This document shows positions 14,735 through 25,847 of a stretch of DNA of 60,110 nucleotides, piece by piece. The translations under genes and the position numbers were made by a program. Source of the stretch: Ginglymostoma cirratum (Eukaryota); NCBI GenBank assembly GCA_024137785.1, contig JAHRHZ010000115.1, positions 62,001 through 122,110 of the forward strand. The letters are read 5' to 3'. Positions within the stretch are counted from its first letter, which is position 1; every line of letters starts with the position of its first letter. The notes beneath the pieces were generated by a model that saw only the letters and a list, made by a program, of their open reading frames with translations, had not been told where the DNA came from and made no database searches.

Positions 14735-15503
14735 GGTCACATGAGATTTAGGGTGAGCTTGCCAACTCGATGCGCAATTGGCTAAACGGCAGGAGACAGA
14801 CAGTGATGGTGGAGGGTTCTTTTTCGGACTAGAGGCTTATTACCGTTGATGTTCCACTGGGATCGGTGCTGGGTTCAATTTTATTTATCGTTTATGCGAT
14901 GGAATTCGATGAGAAAATAGAAGGCACGGTTAACATGTTTATGGGCGACATTAAATTTGATGGTATAATGGACAGTGAAGAAGGTCATCTAGGATTACAA
15001 AGAGATCTTGATCAATTGGATCAATGGGCTGAAGATTGGTAGATGGAATTTAGAAGAACAGAGAGACCTAGAGGTTCAGAATCATAATACCTTGAAATTT
15101 GTATCACGGAATAGTCAAAAAGGCGTTTAGCATGCCTGCCTACTTTGCTTAGTCGTTTGAGTACAGCAGTTGGGAAGTCATGTTAAGGTTATATGGGACG
15201 CTGGCGAGGCCTCTTCTGGGGGTGCTGTGTCCATTTCTGGTCGCCCTATTGTAGGAAAGATATTTTTAAGCTGGAAAGGGTTCATAAAAAAGTTCCCAGG
15301 ATATTGCAGCGAATGGACGGTTTGAGTTATAAGGAGAGACTGGACAGACTGGGACTTTTTTTCACTGGAGGGTCGGAGGTTGAGGGGTGACTTTATGGAT
15401 GTTCATAAAATCACGAAGGATATAGATCAGGTTAATGGCATATGTGTTTTCCCTCGGATGGAAGATTTCAACATTTATGGCATATTTTCAAGGTGAGAGG
15501 AGA
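14735..15503 (+). mobile_element. CR1 LINE fragment directly upstream of the Ig leader
   Basis: GSVLG-type RT motif and VHFWSPYCRKDIFKLERV. The fragment ends at AAGGTGAGAGGAGAA without the 3' tail. Confidence 0.85.
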
Positions 15504-15584
15504 ATGATGGACTGTAATTCAACGCTTCTGGATCTGATTTGCTTCCAAAGATCATGACAGAACCCTTTTCTGCAAGTTATCAGA

Positions 15585-15633
15585 ATGATTACGTCGACAT
15601 TTTTTCCCAGTTTGTGGCTGACGTTCTTACCCT
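15585..15633 (+). CDS. IGHV: IgM heavy-chain VH leader exon (MITSTFFPSLWLTFLP)
   Basis: ATG at 15585, hydrophobic peptide, phase-1 donor T|GTGAGT at 15634. It splices to the acceptor TTTTAAAG|GC (15759) to give ...FLP-C-VQS-EV, the shark VH leader pattern. Confidence 0.9.
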
Positions 15634-15758
15634 GTGAGTGCTTATTCTTCAAGTCTCTCTTTGTTACTACCACAGTCTTACTCTACCACAGGCACGTAAA
15701 AGATTCAGGAATCATTTAATCAGCATTGATGGTCATGTTTTTGGCTTTCTTTTTAAAG

Positions 15759-16118
15759 GCGTCCAGTCGGAAGTTATTTTGATTCAACCAGAGGCAGACA
15801 CCGGCCGCCCCGGAGGCTACCTGAGACTGACATGTAAAGTCAGCGGGTTCGATCTTGGCAGCTTCTGGATGGATTGGGTCCGACAGGCGCCCGGGCAAAG
15901 GCTGGAGTGGTTGGTTGGCTTCGAAACAGTATTGAACAATAACTATGCGCCAGCGATTACCGGTCTCTTCACTGCGTCCAAAGACACTCCAAACAATATC
16001 TTCACGTTGGACATGAAGAGGCTGAAGGTCGAAGACTCCGCCATCCATTACTGTGCAATATGCGCGGCCTGGGTACTTGGCTACTGGGGTCAAGGGACGG
16101 TAGTGACTGTGTCTGCAG
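15759..16118 (+). CDS. IGHV: Pre-joined (germline-joined) VH-D-JH exon of an IgM heavy chain; J donor mutated
   Basis: Open frame [50 protein letters not shown]...[29 protein letters not shown], with both V cysteines, WVRQ and the WGQG J motif. No heptamer/nonamer lies between V and J. The exon ends GCAG|TTAAGA where GTAAGA is expected. Confidence 0.95.
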
Positions 16119-19100
16119 TTAAGAACCTTGAACTGTCTTAGCAATATTTGTTTTAACTTTTATTTAACAGATGGTCATTCTGTGTGGCTGGGCTACTTGA
16201 AACGCCAAAAGTCTCTTAAACGGTATGATGTACAAACAATGTTGAATGTCAGTGACACCGAATATTTGCGAATTTTATTATCGACAACAAACGTTAAGAA
16301 TCTAAAAGTGTTTGAAATATTACCAAGCGCGATCAAAATATGCCGTTATTATATTACCGTTATTAATTTCTTGAATATATTCCACCTACATATAATGTTC
16401 TTACCATGATTGTATTTTGTGGTTTAGATTATTAATATTGTTCATGACAAGCAGGTTAGATTCGGTCTTAATTTTTTTTTGTGGTGCTACACTTCATTCT
16501 GTTCATTTGAGTCGATGGTTTTTGATTCTCATTCACCTCAATCTGTCGATTTGAATTGTTTTACTTGATTCTGTTCTCGTTCGTATTAAGGTTTGCCTCT
16601 GGTTAGTTTCTATTATGAAAGTTAAATTAGAGTGAACCTATAACATTTGACATGACGGATTGAAAAGATGTATCGACTGGGGTCAAAATTGCTGTACAGT
16701 TTGTGCCTGTGCTGTTTCTGACTGGCTTGCCAACTGGCCTTGGCCGGTTGTAAATCGTCTGGTTTGGTCTCCTGTATCTGAGATAGTTCAATTTTATCTG
16801 GTGCTTCAAAAGCACTTTAATCTGCCCGAAATATAATGTTTGATTAGGCGCCTCAGAAATGAGAGCCATGACCAAATTGTTACAATTATAATGAACACTT
16901 CAAAAACGAAAGACAGACTGCGCGAGTTTTGAAATCGGTTGTTATAAATAATATATCTGCCTTGGGATTTTTTTTGATTGAGCGAGGCAGAGGAAATGGC
17001 ATGCTGTATATTATATTTTTGCCTTAGCCGTGCGAGAAATGTTTGATGGCTCAATGTAGAATCAGAAATTATTTTGCACCTTATTATTAGAGAACCTGTC
17101 GTGGGCTGTTAGTGTTACTGGCAGCGATCAAATAATACACTTCAAAAGATTTTAATGTATTTCGTCTCGAGCGAATCTTCTGGTGCAGTACACAGGCAGT
17201 TCTATTAGAAACGGAGTTCCAGGCTTGAAATGAAACAGTGAGAATGAGTTTACGGCAATGCAATTCCTCGTATTTTTCCTCCATACTTCCTGTAGAGTTT
17301 GTACAATTCAGAGGGGCTATCAAAGTACACTTGGATAATTGTTGAAATGTTATTTCCATCGTGAAAACCCCTGTAACTATTCCTGGTTGCTGAAAGGTGT
17401 AAAAGATTAAGATCGTTTATGCACTGTCAAGCAGATGGGTTGTTTTGACCTAGACAGTGTCGAATTCATGGTATTATGGTCTCTTGTGACGCAGGAGCAG
17501 TTTTGAGAAAAGTGGCCTGCATTCAATTCCAACCTATTACAGAGGGATGGAATACCATCTCTGAACTGGTTAATTCAGAGGAAAAAAGAACATCGAGTTC
17601 CCTGAGTGTTGTTGGAATGCTAAACATAGAGGCCTGTGAAATCTATCAATCGTCATCTTAGACAGTAGATGGAATTTGGGCTTGGCAACTTTTATCAAAA
17701 AGAAACAATATTTGTTCAGGGGATTTGGGCGTCGCTAGCTGGAGGTAATAGAGTTACACCCCACCGAAATTCCAGCGTCTAACTTGTTCTTCTATCTTTC
17801 GCATTTATAACTAACCCAGCATTCACTGTCTCCCGAAAAATATTTGATAGGATAATGTTGAGTTTGTTTTATTTTATATCAAACAAGTGCTGTACCTGAT
17901 CAGAAGAGTTTTACTGTTCAGTAGGATGGAGTTTCCGCTGAATCCAATACTTGCAGCAAATGGTGGCGGTGTTTCAGTTAATCTTCAGTTTATAACTCAA
18001 TTCTAAGAATCCTGTTCCAGCAGAAGTCAAGCAAACTTAATCAGAGTCTAACTCAATAGGCGTGTGTTCCCGTGCTAGAAAACTTGAAAACAATGTGCTG
18101 AAGAAGGGTCATTGGACTCAAAACGTTAACCTTGCTTTCCCTCCAAAGGCGCTGCCAGACCTCTTCTGCAATTTGCGTTTTTATTTCAGATTTCGAGAGC
18201 TCAGTTTTTTTCTTTTATTAAAATTCCTCTGTTGTCAAGTAAAACAGCGTATGTTGTTAGTAGGGAAAATGCGTTTTACCGAATTCAATGATATTTAATA
18301 TCAGATAATCACAATGTGAGTGACCTAATCTGGAGCCCTGGCTTCAGACGAAACAATATCAGAAAACAACAATAACACTCTAGGGTGTAGCGTCTGGTGT
18401 AATTGGGTGGGCATTATTTTGACCACTTAAATGGAGAATGTGGATGTTACCTTCAAAATATCAACAAGACTTTTAAAATAAATGTTCTCAAACATTATTT
18501 CTTTGAAATGTTTTAACAGAAAGTGCTCACTGCCAGTGATATCAGAACCAATACCTCAATGATAGGAAGGTAGCAGCAGGAGTAAGGCACCCAGACCCTT
18601 GAGCTGTTTAATCAGATCTTGTTGGATCTGTGACCTAACTCAATATGCCTGCCTTTGGCCAAAAATATTTAACACCTTTGATTATCAAAGAAAATATATC
18701 CCAGATTTAATGATTCCATTGCACATAACAGAGAGACAAACCATTTCTGAAAGACAATTCTGTCAGCACGTAAAGTGACACAATGAAGCTGTAATTAATG
18801 GCTCATGAGAATAAACTCTAAATCTCTGACAATTTCCAGTTCTAATATCACAATCAAGTTCGTTAGATCCCTTTAATTTAACATTATATTTCTTTATTCC
18901 AGACAACTATAACATGATTGCAATGCTAAAGATGAGGAAACCTTCATTCCCATTAAATAATGAAGAAATAGTTCTGTCAATTCAGTGAAAACATGGCAAA
19001 GCCCACACACAAAGAAATCATTCAGCACGTCATCCCTGTATGGACACTGAACAAGTATATTAAATATGTTTCAATTCTTCCAGTAGTTATTTGTGTCTCT

Positions 19101-19639
19101 GGAAAGGCATGGAGGTATCTCCTTTACAAGCAAGGAGTCATCAGCCTCCTTGAATTGCTGCAGTTCATGTGGCATTAGCACGTCCACAGCGCTGTTAGAA
19201 CGTAAGTTCCATAGTAATGACCTAGAAAAAGTATAGGAACAGCGAAATAGTTGCAAGTGAAGATCGAGTGTGATTTGGAGGAAACGTTTCAGGCGAAGCA
19301 CCTAGATGCATGTGAGCCCTTGTCCTTAAAAGCAGAATTTTCGAGACTTGCTGCCGAAGGAAGATGTGAACATACAAATTATAAGCTGATGAAGGCCTTT
19401 CGTTCCTTCTAGAATGCTAGTCCATTCATGACATCATCATAATTCTTGCTGCTCAACAGTCTTTCGAAGTCCCAATAAAATTTAACCCAATTGTTTACAG
19501 TTCAACTGAGTGTGGTGAACCTCTGGAATTCTCTGCCACAGAAAGTGGTTGGCGCTGAACACTAAATAGTTTCAAGAAGGAGTTAATTTGTTTTTTTAAG
19601 GGATAAAGGAAGCAATGGGTATGTGGGATAAGGTGAACA

Positions 19640-20620
19640 GGGGATAATGTTCGATGATAAGTCTTGAAAATATTGAATGAAGCATGGTTAACAAGTTTGC
19701 AATCAACCAAAATTGGTGGCATTGTGGACAGTGAAGAATGTTACCTAAAAGTACAAAGGGATCTTGATCAGCAGGAACAATGGGCTGAGGAGTGACGGAT
19801 GAAGTTTCATTTAGATGAATGCAAGGTGGTGCAGTTTGATAAGACAAACCAGGGCCTTGAACAGTTAATGGTAGAGAACTGGGGAGTGTTGTCGAACAGA
19901 TGGAACGAGGTGTTCATGTACATAGTTCCTTGAAAGTGATGTCACAGGTGAACAGACTGATGATGAAGACGTTTGGCATGCTTGTCTTCATTGGCCAGAA
20001 CGTTGAGTGTAGGAGTTAGGATGGCATGTTGCAGCTGCACGCGACATAGGTGAGGACACTTTTGGAGTACTGTGTTTAGTTCTTGTCACCCTGCTACACA
20101 AAGAATATTGTTAAATTGGAATGAGTACGGAAATAGTTTACAGGATGTTGCTGAGACTGGGGGGCTCGAGTTATGGGGAGAGGCTGGATAGGTTGAGACC
20201 TTTTTTTCAAATCATTTGAGCTTAGGAGGTTACGTAGTGAGCTTATAGAGGTTTTTAAAATCACGAGGGGCACAGAGGTGAATAACAAAGGATTTTTTTC
20301 CCCTTCTGTGGCAGTGGAAGTCAACACGATAGGGCATAGTTTTACATTGAGAAGGAAAGATTTAATAGGGATTTGTGGGCAATTTTTTCACACAGTGGGA
20401 GGTGGGTATATTGAATGAACTGGCAGAGGAAGTGGTAGATACTGACACAGTTACAACATTTAAGTAATTTGGACAAGTACATGAACGGGTTTCGAGGAAT
20501 ATGTGCCCATTGAAGGCAAATGGAATCACCTTAATTTGGGAAAACTCCCGGCATGGATGGGTTGGATCAACTGGTCAGTTTCTGTACTGTATGACCCTAT
20601 AGCTCTATGAATCTATGATG
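19640..20620 (+). mobile_element. CR1 LINE 3' fragment in the J-C intron
   Basis: Degenerate RT C-terminus followed by a CTCTATG-like repeated tail. Confidence 0.8.
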
Positions 20621-21559
20621 GAGCAGGCCCGAAGTTCGAAGGTGGTGAGCCGGTAAGGGGATAGAGTGTGAGCGAATAGGCTTTGACGTGTTGAGTGGCT
20701 GCTGGATGAGCTGGCCTGCACATTGTTTAGCAGAGTGGCTTCAAGAAAAATGATTACAGTTACATGGAGCTAGTGTAGTAGAGTGGTACTTGGTAGGTGA
20801 GGGTAGTTTGAGTGAAAACGCAGTAGGCGTGACATGTGCCAGGCTGGTTAGATCACGGGTCAGCAGGGTGCCAGGCTGTTTCAATGGTAGATGGTCACAG
20901 TAGCGAAGTGGCTGGTGGACATGATCTCAACACATAATGCTTGGACTCTAGCAAAGTGGCAGGTGGCAAACGATAGATGGGAAGGGAAGTAAGATACAAT
21001 ATGCACAAGTTGACTTGGGTAAGATGAGAGGTAAGAGTTCGAGGGCTGTGTTAATGTCCCAGGGATTTGGGTCCTGTCAGGTATTGTGAAAACAATGGTG
21101 CCAGGTCCAGTCGGGGCCAAGTACATCTTGGACCATGTGCAGGGAGGCAAGAAAGGAATTGGGTGAAAGGAATTGAGAATACATGTCCATCTGGAATATC
21201 GATTGTCTTGAATGTGTGGTATTGTCGTATGATGGGGTCGTGTCTTCCAGTGTGAGAGGGTATGTGGCAGTGTTGGGGGTTGTCAATGTGAATGGAATTT
21301 CAAGTCTAGACAGAGAGTGAGAGAAAGGTAGTCAGTCTGAGAAATTAGAGCCCTTGCTATGAACTGGGTGTCAATTTGATCTTTACTGAAGCCAACCTTG
21401 TTAATTTCTCGCATCATACCCGGGTAAATGTTCAGGTCAGTTAGCCTTAGCACTCCGAAGTCTCTGAATCTTAAAGGAGGAATGCATATTTTCAGACGCC
21501 ACCAGAATTCAGATAGTTGCCAATTAGAATTTTCAATTTCCAGGCAAATGGCTTGACGT

Positions 21560-22430
21560 CAGCTGCGACAGATATCCTCATAGACGTGGTGATTGGCTGT
21601 TGTCCGTGACACTGCAACAACCTTCTTCCAGGAGAAAACATTCTGACTTGCATTGATAAGTGAAAGTTAAGTTTTGCAACACACTTGTTCCGAGTATATT
21701 CTATCTCCAAGAAGGGTGACTTTAAATATTTCTCTTGACGTTCAATGTTATTACCATTACTGAATCCCACAAAATCAACATATTGCGAGTTGACAATGAC
21801 GAAAACTGAACTGCAGTTACCAAGTAAATGCTGTGGCGACGAGACCAGATCAGAGACCAGGCATTTTGGGCCAAGTAATTCCGCTCCTCTCCTGTACCCA
21901 TAATGCCTGCCCACCTTCTACAAGTCACAAGAGAGGAGGGCGATGGGATACTATCCACTTGTCTAGATGAGTCTAGCTTCAATAACGGTCAAGAAACTTG
22001 ACACCATGCAGCGCGAAGGATTTCACTTATTTGGCATCCCATTCATCGCGTTCAATATTCACTCCTTCGCTATTAATGCAGAGTGGGACTGCTGTTAGCT
22101 CTCTCTGAATTCTTCTGTAGGAACCCAGCCAGACTACTCCCCAGCAGATTCCGAACCCACAATCTCTACCACCGAGAAGAATAGCGGCAGTGGATGAATG
22201 ACAGCATAACCAACTGCAAGTTCCCCTCTATATTTAGCGATATTACCGCTTCTTCATAGCTACTGGGCCAAAACTCCTGCCACTCCCATCCTAGCAATAC
22301 TGCGAGCTTTGTAAAGTCAATAATGGTGCAAGAAAGTAGCTCTCCAACAACTCTCCTTGGACAATTAGCAACGGCAAATAATGCTGCCGTAGACAGCAAT
22401 GCTGACATCACGTGAACGAATATAAACAAA
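21560..22430 (+). mobile_element. 3' fragment of the same LINE family as 4240-6800
   Basis: Shares AAGAAACTTGACACCAT... and the 3' end with the reverse complement of 4240-5100. Confidence 0.65.
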
Positions 22431-23175
22431 AAATATAGTGACCAATATTGTTTCGAACTCAGAAGTTACTTGTCATTCGTTGGTCCTCACCATGAAGGCA
22501 GACAGCACCAACACCACATTCTCTGCCTCTTCCAGCTGATGCTCAAATTTGAGCAATGTTGATTTATTTGTCCATACAAGGTGGCATGGTAGGATCAGAC
22601 AACAAGGGTATTGCCTCACCTGTTTATTTCCTCAATCCAAGACACTTCATGGAGTCAGGTGCCAGTGTTCATCACTGCCCTCGTAACTCTAGCCTGACCA
22701 TCTAGCAATGTCCGCTACCTCAGATAGATTTGTGCTGGGATAGGAGTTTTTTTTTTAAATGGTGAAACGAATGACGTTTGTTGTCTTGCAATGATCCAAT
22801 TTCCGTTCAGACGCATCATTTTTCTGTCATTTTAGACTGGAATTACATGCAAAGGTTTCACACCGAGTCTCACAACTCAGAAAATCATAAAAGCCGCTTC
22901 ATATTTTCACATCATTAGGTTTTTATGATTGGTTTTATTATCTTCCTGTAATCACGGATTACAGAGTTACTTCTGCAGTTCGGTATGTTTACATATCTTT
23001 GGATGCACGAAAAATCTGAGGTAATATGAAGTTGTAGCAGTTAATTTCAGTGAATCGGGTTACACAACAGCAACGATAGGAAGGGCAAGACAATTTATTT
23101 TCTACATAAGAAATGTAGGCATGCTGAATGAACAGTGAATCGCTGCGTCTCTCTCGCGCGCGCACCACCTCCCCA

Positions 23176-23199
23176 ACACACACACACACACACACACAC
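23176..23199. repeat. (AC)n microsatellite
   Basis: AC run of about 12 units. Confidence 0.9.
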
Positions 23200-23868
23200 A
23201 GAAATTGCTCGACAAACTTCAGAGTTCCTGCAGCATCTGTGGAGAGAAATCAGAGTTCTGAGGAAGGGTGACTGGACGTGAAACGTTAACTCTGATTTCT
23301 GTCCATGGATAAAAACCCGAAAGAACTGGGGATGATGTAAATCAGGAATGAAAACGGTAGCTACTGGAACAGCTCAGTAGGCCTGGCAGCATCTGTGAAG
23401 ATAAATAAAAATCAGAGTTAACGTTTCGTGTCCTCAGAACTAGTTTTTGTTCTCTCCGTGGATGTTGCCAGACCTGATGAGCTTCTCCAGCAATTTCTGT
23501 TTTTGTTTCTCATTTACATTATCTGCAGTTCTTTGGGTTTGATTTAGTGAAATTCTTCTGTTCTCCCTTGTAATTCAATGAAAGCATCAATTGCGTTATT
23601 GGCGAAATTTTCAAACATTTACTGGTGATGAGATCAGACTGTTCTTATTCGTTAATTATGTGATAATGGTCAAGATATAAGGCATATTTCAAAGGAGGGA
23701 ACCGAAAGATCATGACTAACAAATGATAGAAAACAAAAATAAGCTGAATTTATGTTGTAGATTTTAGCTGCAATTGACTGGAATAAGTTTATAGCTGCCT
23801 TACATTAGAGTGACAACTAATATCTAATTAAAGGAGTCTGATTTGCTCAATCTCCCACTCTTTCCTAG

Positions 23869-24168
23869 CGACGCAATCTTCCCCCACACTTTATGGCCTA
23901 GTCTCCTCCTGTCGGGAACACAACGCCGACGGTTCTGTCATCTGTGGTTGTTTGGCGATGAACTATTCCCTTGATGTCACCACAGTGACCTGGAAGAAAG
24001 GTGGGGAGCCGATCATGACTGGATTCAAGACTTACCCATCAGTGAGAAACAAGAAGGGAACTTACACCCTGAGCAGCCAGTTAACCCTGACTGAGTCAGA
24101 GGCGGAATGCAGCAAAATATATTGTGAAGTTCGACACAGCGTGCGCAACAAGAGCACTGGGATACTAT
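23869..24168 (+). CDS. IGHM: IgM constant exon Cmu1 (300 nt, intact)
   Basis: Acceptor CTCTTTCCTAG|CG and donor T|GTAAGT. Translation (A)[90 protein letters not shown]... has the C1-set C/W/C pattern and resembles shark Cmu1. Confidence 0.93.
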
Positions 24169-24229
24169 GTAAGTGACGTGGGAACTGAGATAAACAGAAA
24201 TATGTGATTTACGGTATTTTAAATAAAAT

Positions 24230-25500
24230 TTTCACAGAGTCGCAGAGTTATACAGCCCACAAAATGGCCCTTCGGCGCATCCAGTCCGTACCAATCAAAA
24301 ACAACCACCTAAATATTCTAGTCAAATTTGCCAACGCTAGATCCATTGCGCTGTATAATTTGACATTTTAAGTATGCGTTTAAATAATCATGACACGTTA
24401 TGAGGGTTTCAGCCTCAACATAATTTACAGGCACTGAGTTGCACTTCCATCATCCTCTAAGTGATTCCTTTCTAACCATCCTGCCTTTACATGAAAACTG
24501 TTCCCATTGGACATTGATTCCCCCCACCGGGGGCAAGGTTTTTTCTTGTCTATCCTCTCTATTCCCCTCATAATTCCCTTCCTCTATCATGTTCCTGCTC
24601 AGTCTCCTCTGCTCCAAGGAAAGCTCAAATCTATCCAATCCCATTTCATAACTAAAACTCTCCAATCCTGGAAACACCCTAGTAAATCGCTTCTATTCGT
24701 TCTCCAATTTAATCATTCATCTGACAACATAGATTCTGGAACTGCACACCATATTTTACTATGGCCTAATCAACGTTTAATTAAGTTCCAGAATTATCTC
24801 CCTACCCTTAAACTCAATACCTCGGCTAATAAAGGCAAATGTCCTACACATTTTCTTGGCCTCTTTATCCACCATTACATTTAATTCTGGTCTCCAGGAA
24901 AGATATTGTGAAACTTGTAATGGTTCAGAAAAGATTTACAAACATAAAGATGCTGGAAAAGCTCTGCAAGTCTGGCAGCATCTGTGAAGGAGAAAACCAG
25001 AGTTAACGTCTTGGTCCGGTAACTCTTCCTCAGAACATTGTAAGGGTTGGATGGTTAGAGCTATAGTGAAAGGCTGAATAGGCTGGAGTTATTTTCCCTA
25101 GAACGCCAGAGGCTGAGGGTTGAGCTGATAAATGTTTATAAAGTCATGAGGGGCATGGATAGAGTCAACAGCCAAGGTTTTTTCGCCAGGTAAGGTAAAT
25201 CCAAAACTAGAGAGTGCAGATTTAAGGTGAGAAGGGAAAGATTTAAAAGGGACCTAAACGGCAACATTTTCCACGCAGAGGATGTTGTGTTTATGGAAGG
25301 AGCTGCCAGAGAAAGTGGTGAGGTCAGGTACAATTACAACATTTAAAAGGCATCTGGACGGGTGCAAGAATGGAAGGGTTTAGATGGATATGTGCCAAAT
25401 GCTGGAAAATGGGACTAGATTAATGTAGAATATCTGGTCGGTATGGAGGACTGGAACCGAAGGATCTGTTCCATTCTATACATCTCTACGACTCTGACTT
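24230..25500. mobile_element. Two oppositely oriented CR1 3' fragments (minus ~24230-24885, plus ~24890-25500) with a short Penelope end inside
   Basis: Minus frame MFPGLESFSYEMGLDRFELSLEQRRL. The plus-strand CR1 ends in a CTCTAC/CTCTG tail. Confidence 0.75.
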
Positions 25501-25656
25501 TATGGCAAGACATTGTGCTATCAGGGATCGGTGGGTGTGCACACCAAAGATGTTCACGCATTCCAGGGTTGCAGCATTCATAATGTTATACCTTGCAATT
25601 TTTGTTTTCTGAACACGTGCATCACCTCATGCTTACCCAGAATGATTTCCATTTGC

Positions 25657-25716
25657 ACATTCATCACCCTGTTCTTCCTAAGTGTTTTCTGCAGCGCTGC
25701 CGTCATTCTGATGAAG
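25657..25716 (+). pseudogene. IGHM: 3' remnant of IgM transmembrane exon TM1
   Basis: TFITLFFLSVFCSAAVILMK followed by donor AAG|GTGAGA resembles the shark IgM TM (TFIILFFLSIFYSAAVTLVK). The acidic extracellular spacer, the NIWTT motif and an in-phase acceptor are absent upstream. Confidence 0.85.
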
Positions 25717-25847
25717 GTGAGAATAATCAAATCATTCGCACTTCAAACAGACGAATAAGACTTGTGAAACCTCTAATGGTGTCATTGAATAAAAAATAAA
25801 ACCTGAAAGCCTCTGATCATAATTGTTAATTTGTCCCTCTTTTCTAG

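Noticed and set aside
11200-15500. Search for unrearranged V, D or J segments or RSSs (e.g. CACTGTG at ~12970, TGTTTTTGT at ~13025)
   Set aside because: No heptamer-nonamer pair at 12 or 22/23 bp spacing and no Ig coding sequence nearby.
15638-16141. 167-aa ORF taken as a single-exon gene
   Set aside because: Its first ~40 codons lie in the leader intron. The real structure is a leader exon plus the VDJ exon.
15585-16141. Processed (retrotransposed) Ig pseudogene
   Set aside because: The leader intron, J-C intron and TM1-TM2 intron are all retained.
15759-24168. IgNAR or IgW identity
   Set aside because: The V has a full CDR2 and the WVRQ/LEW/WGQG light-chain interface residues, and the C exon resembles Cmu1 ([25 protein letters not shown]).
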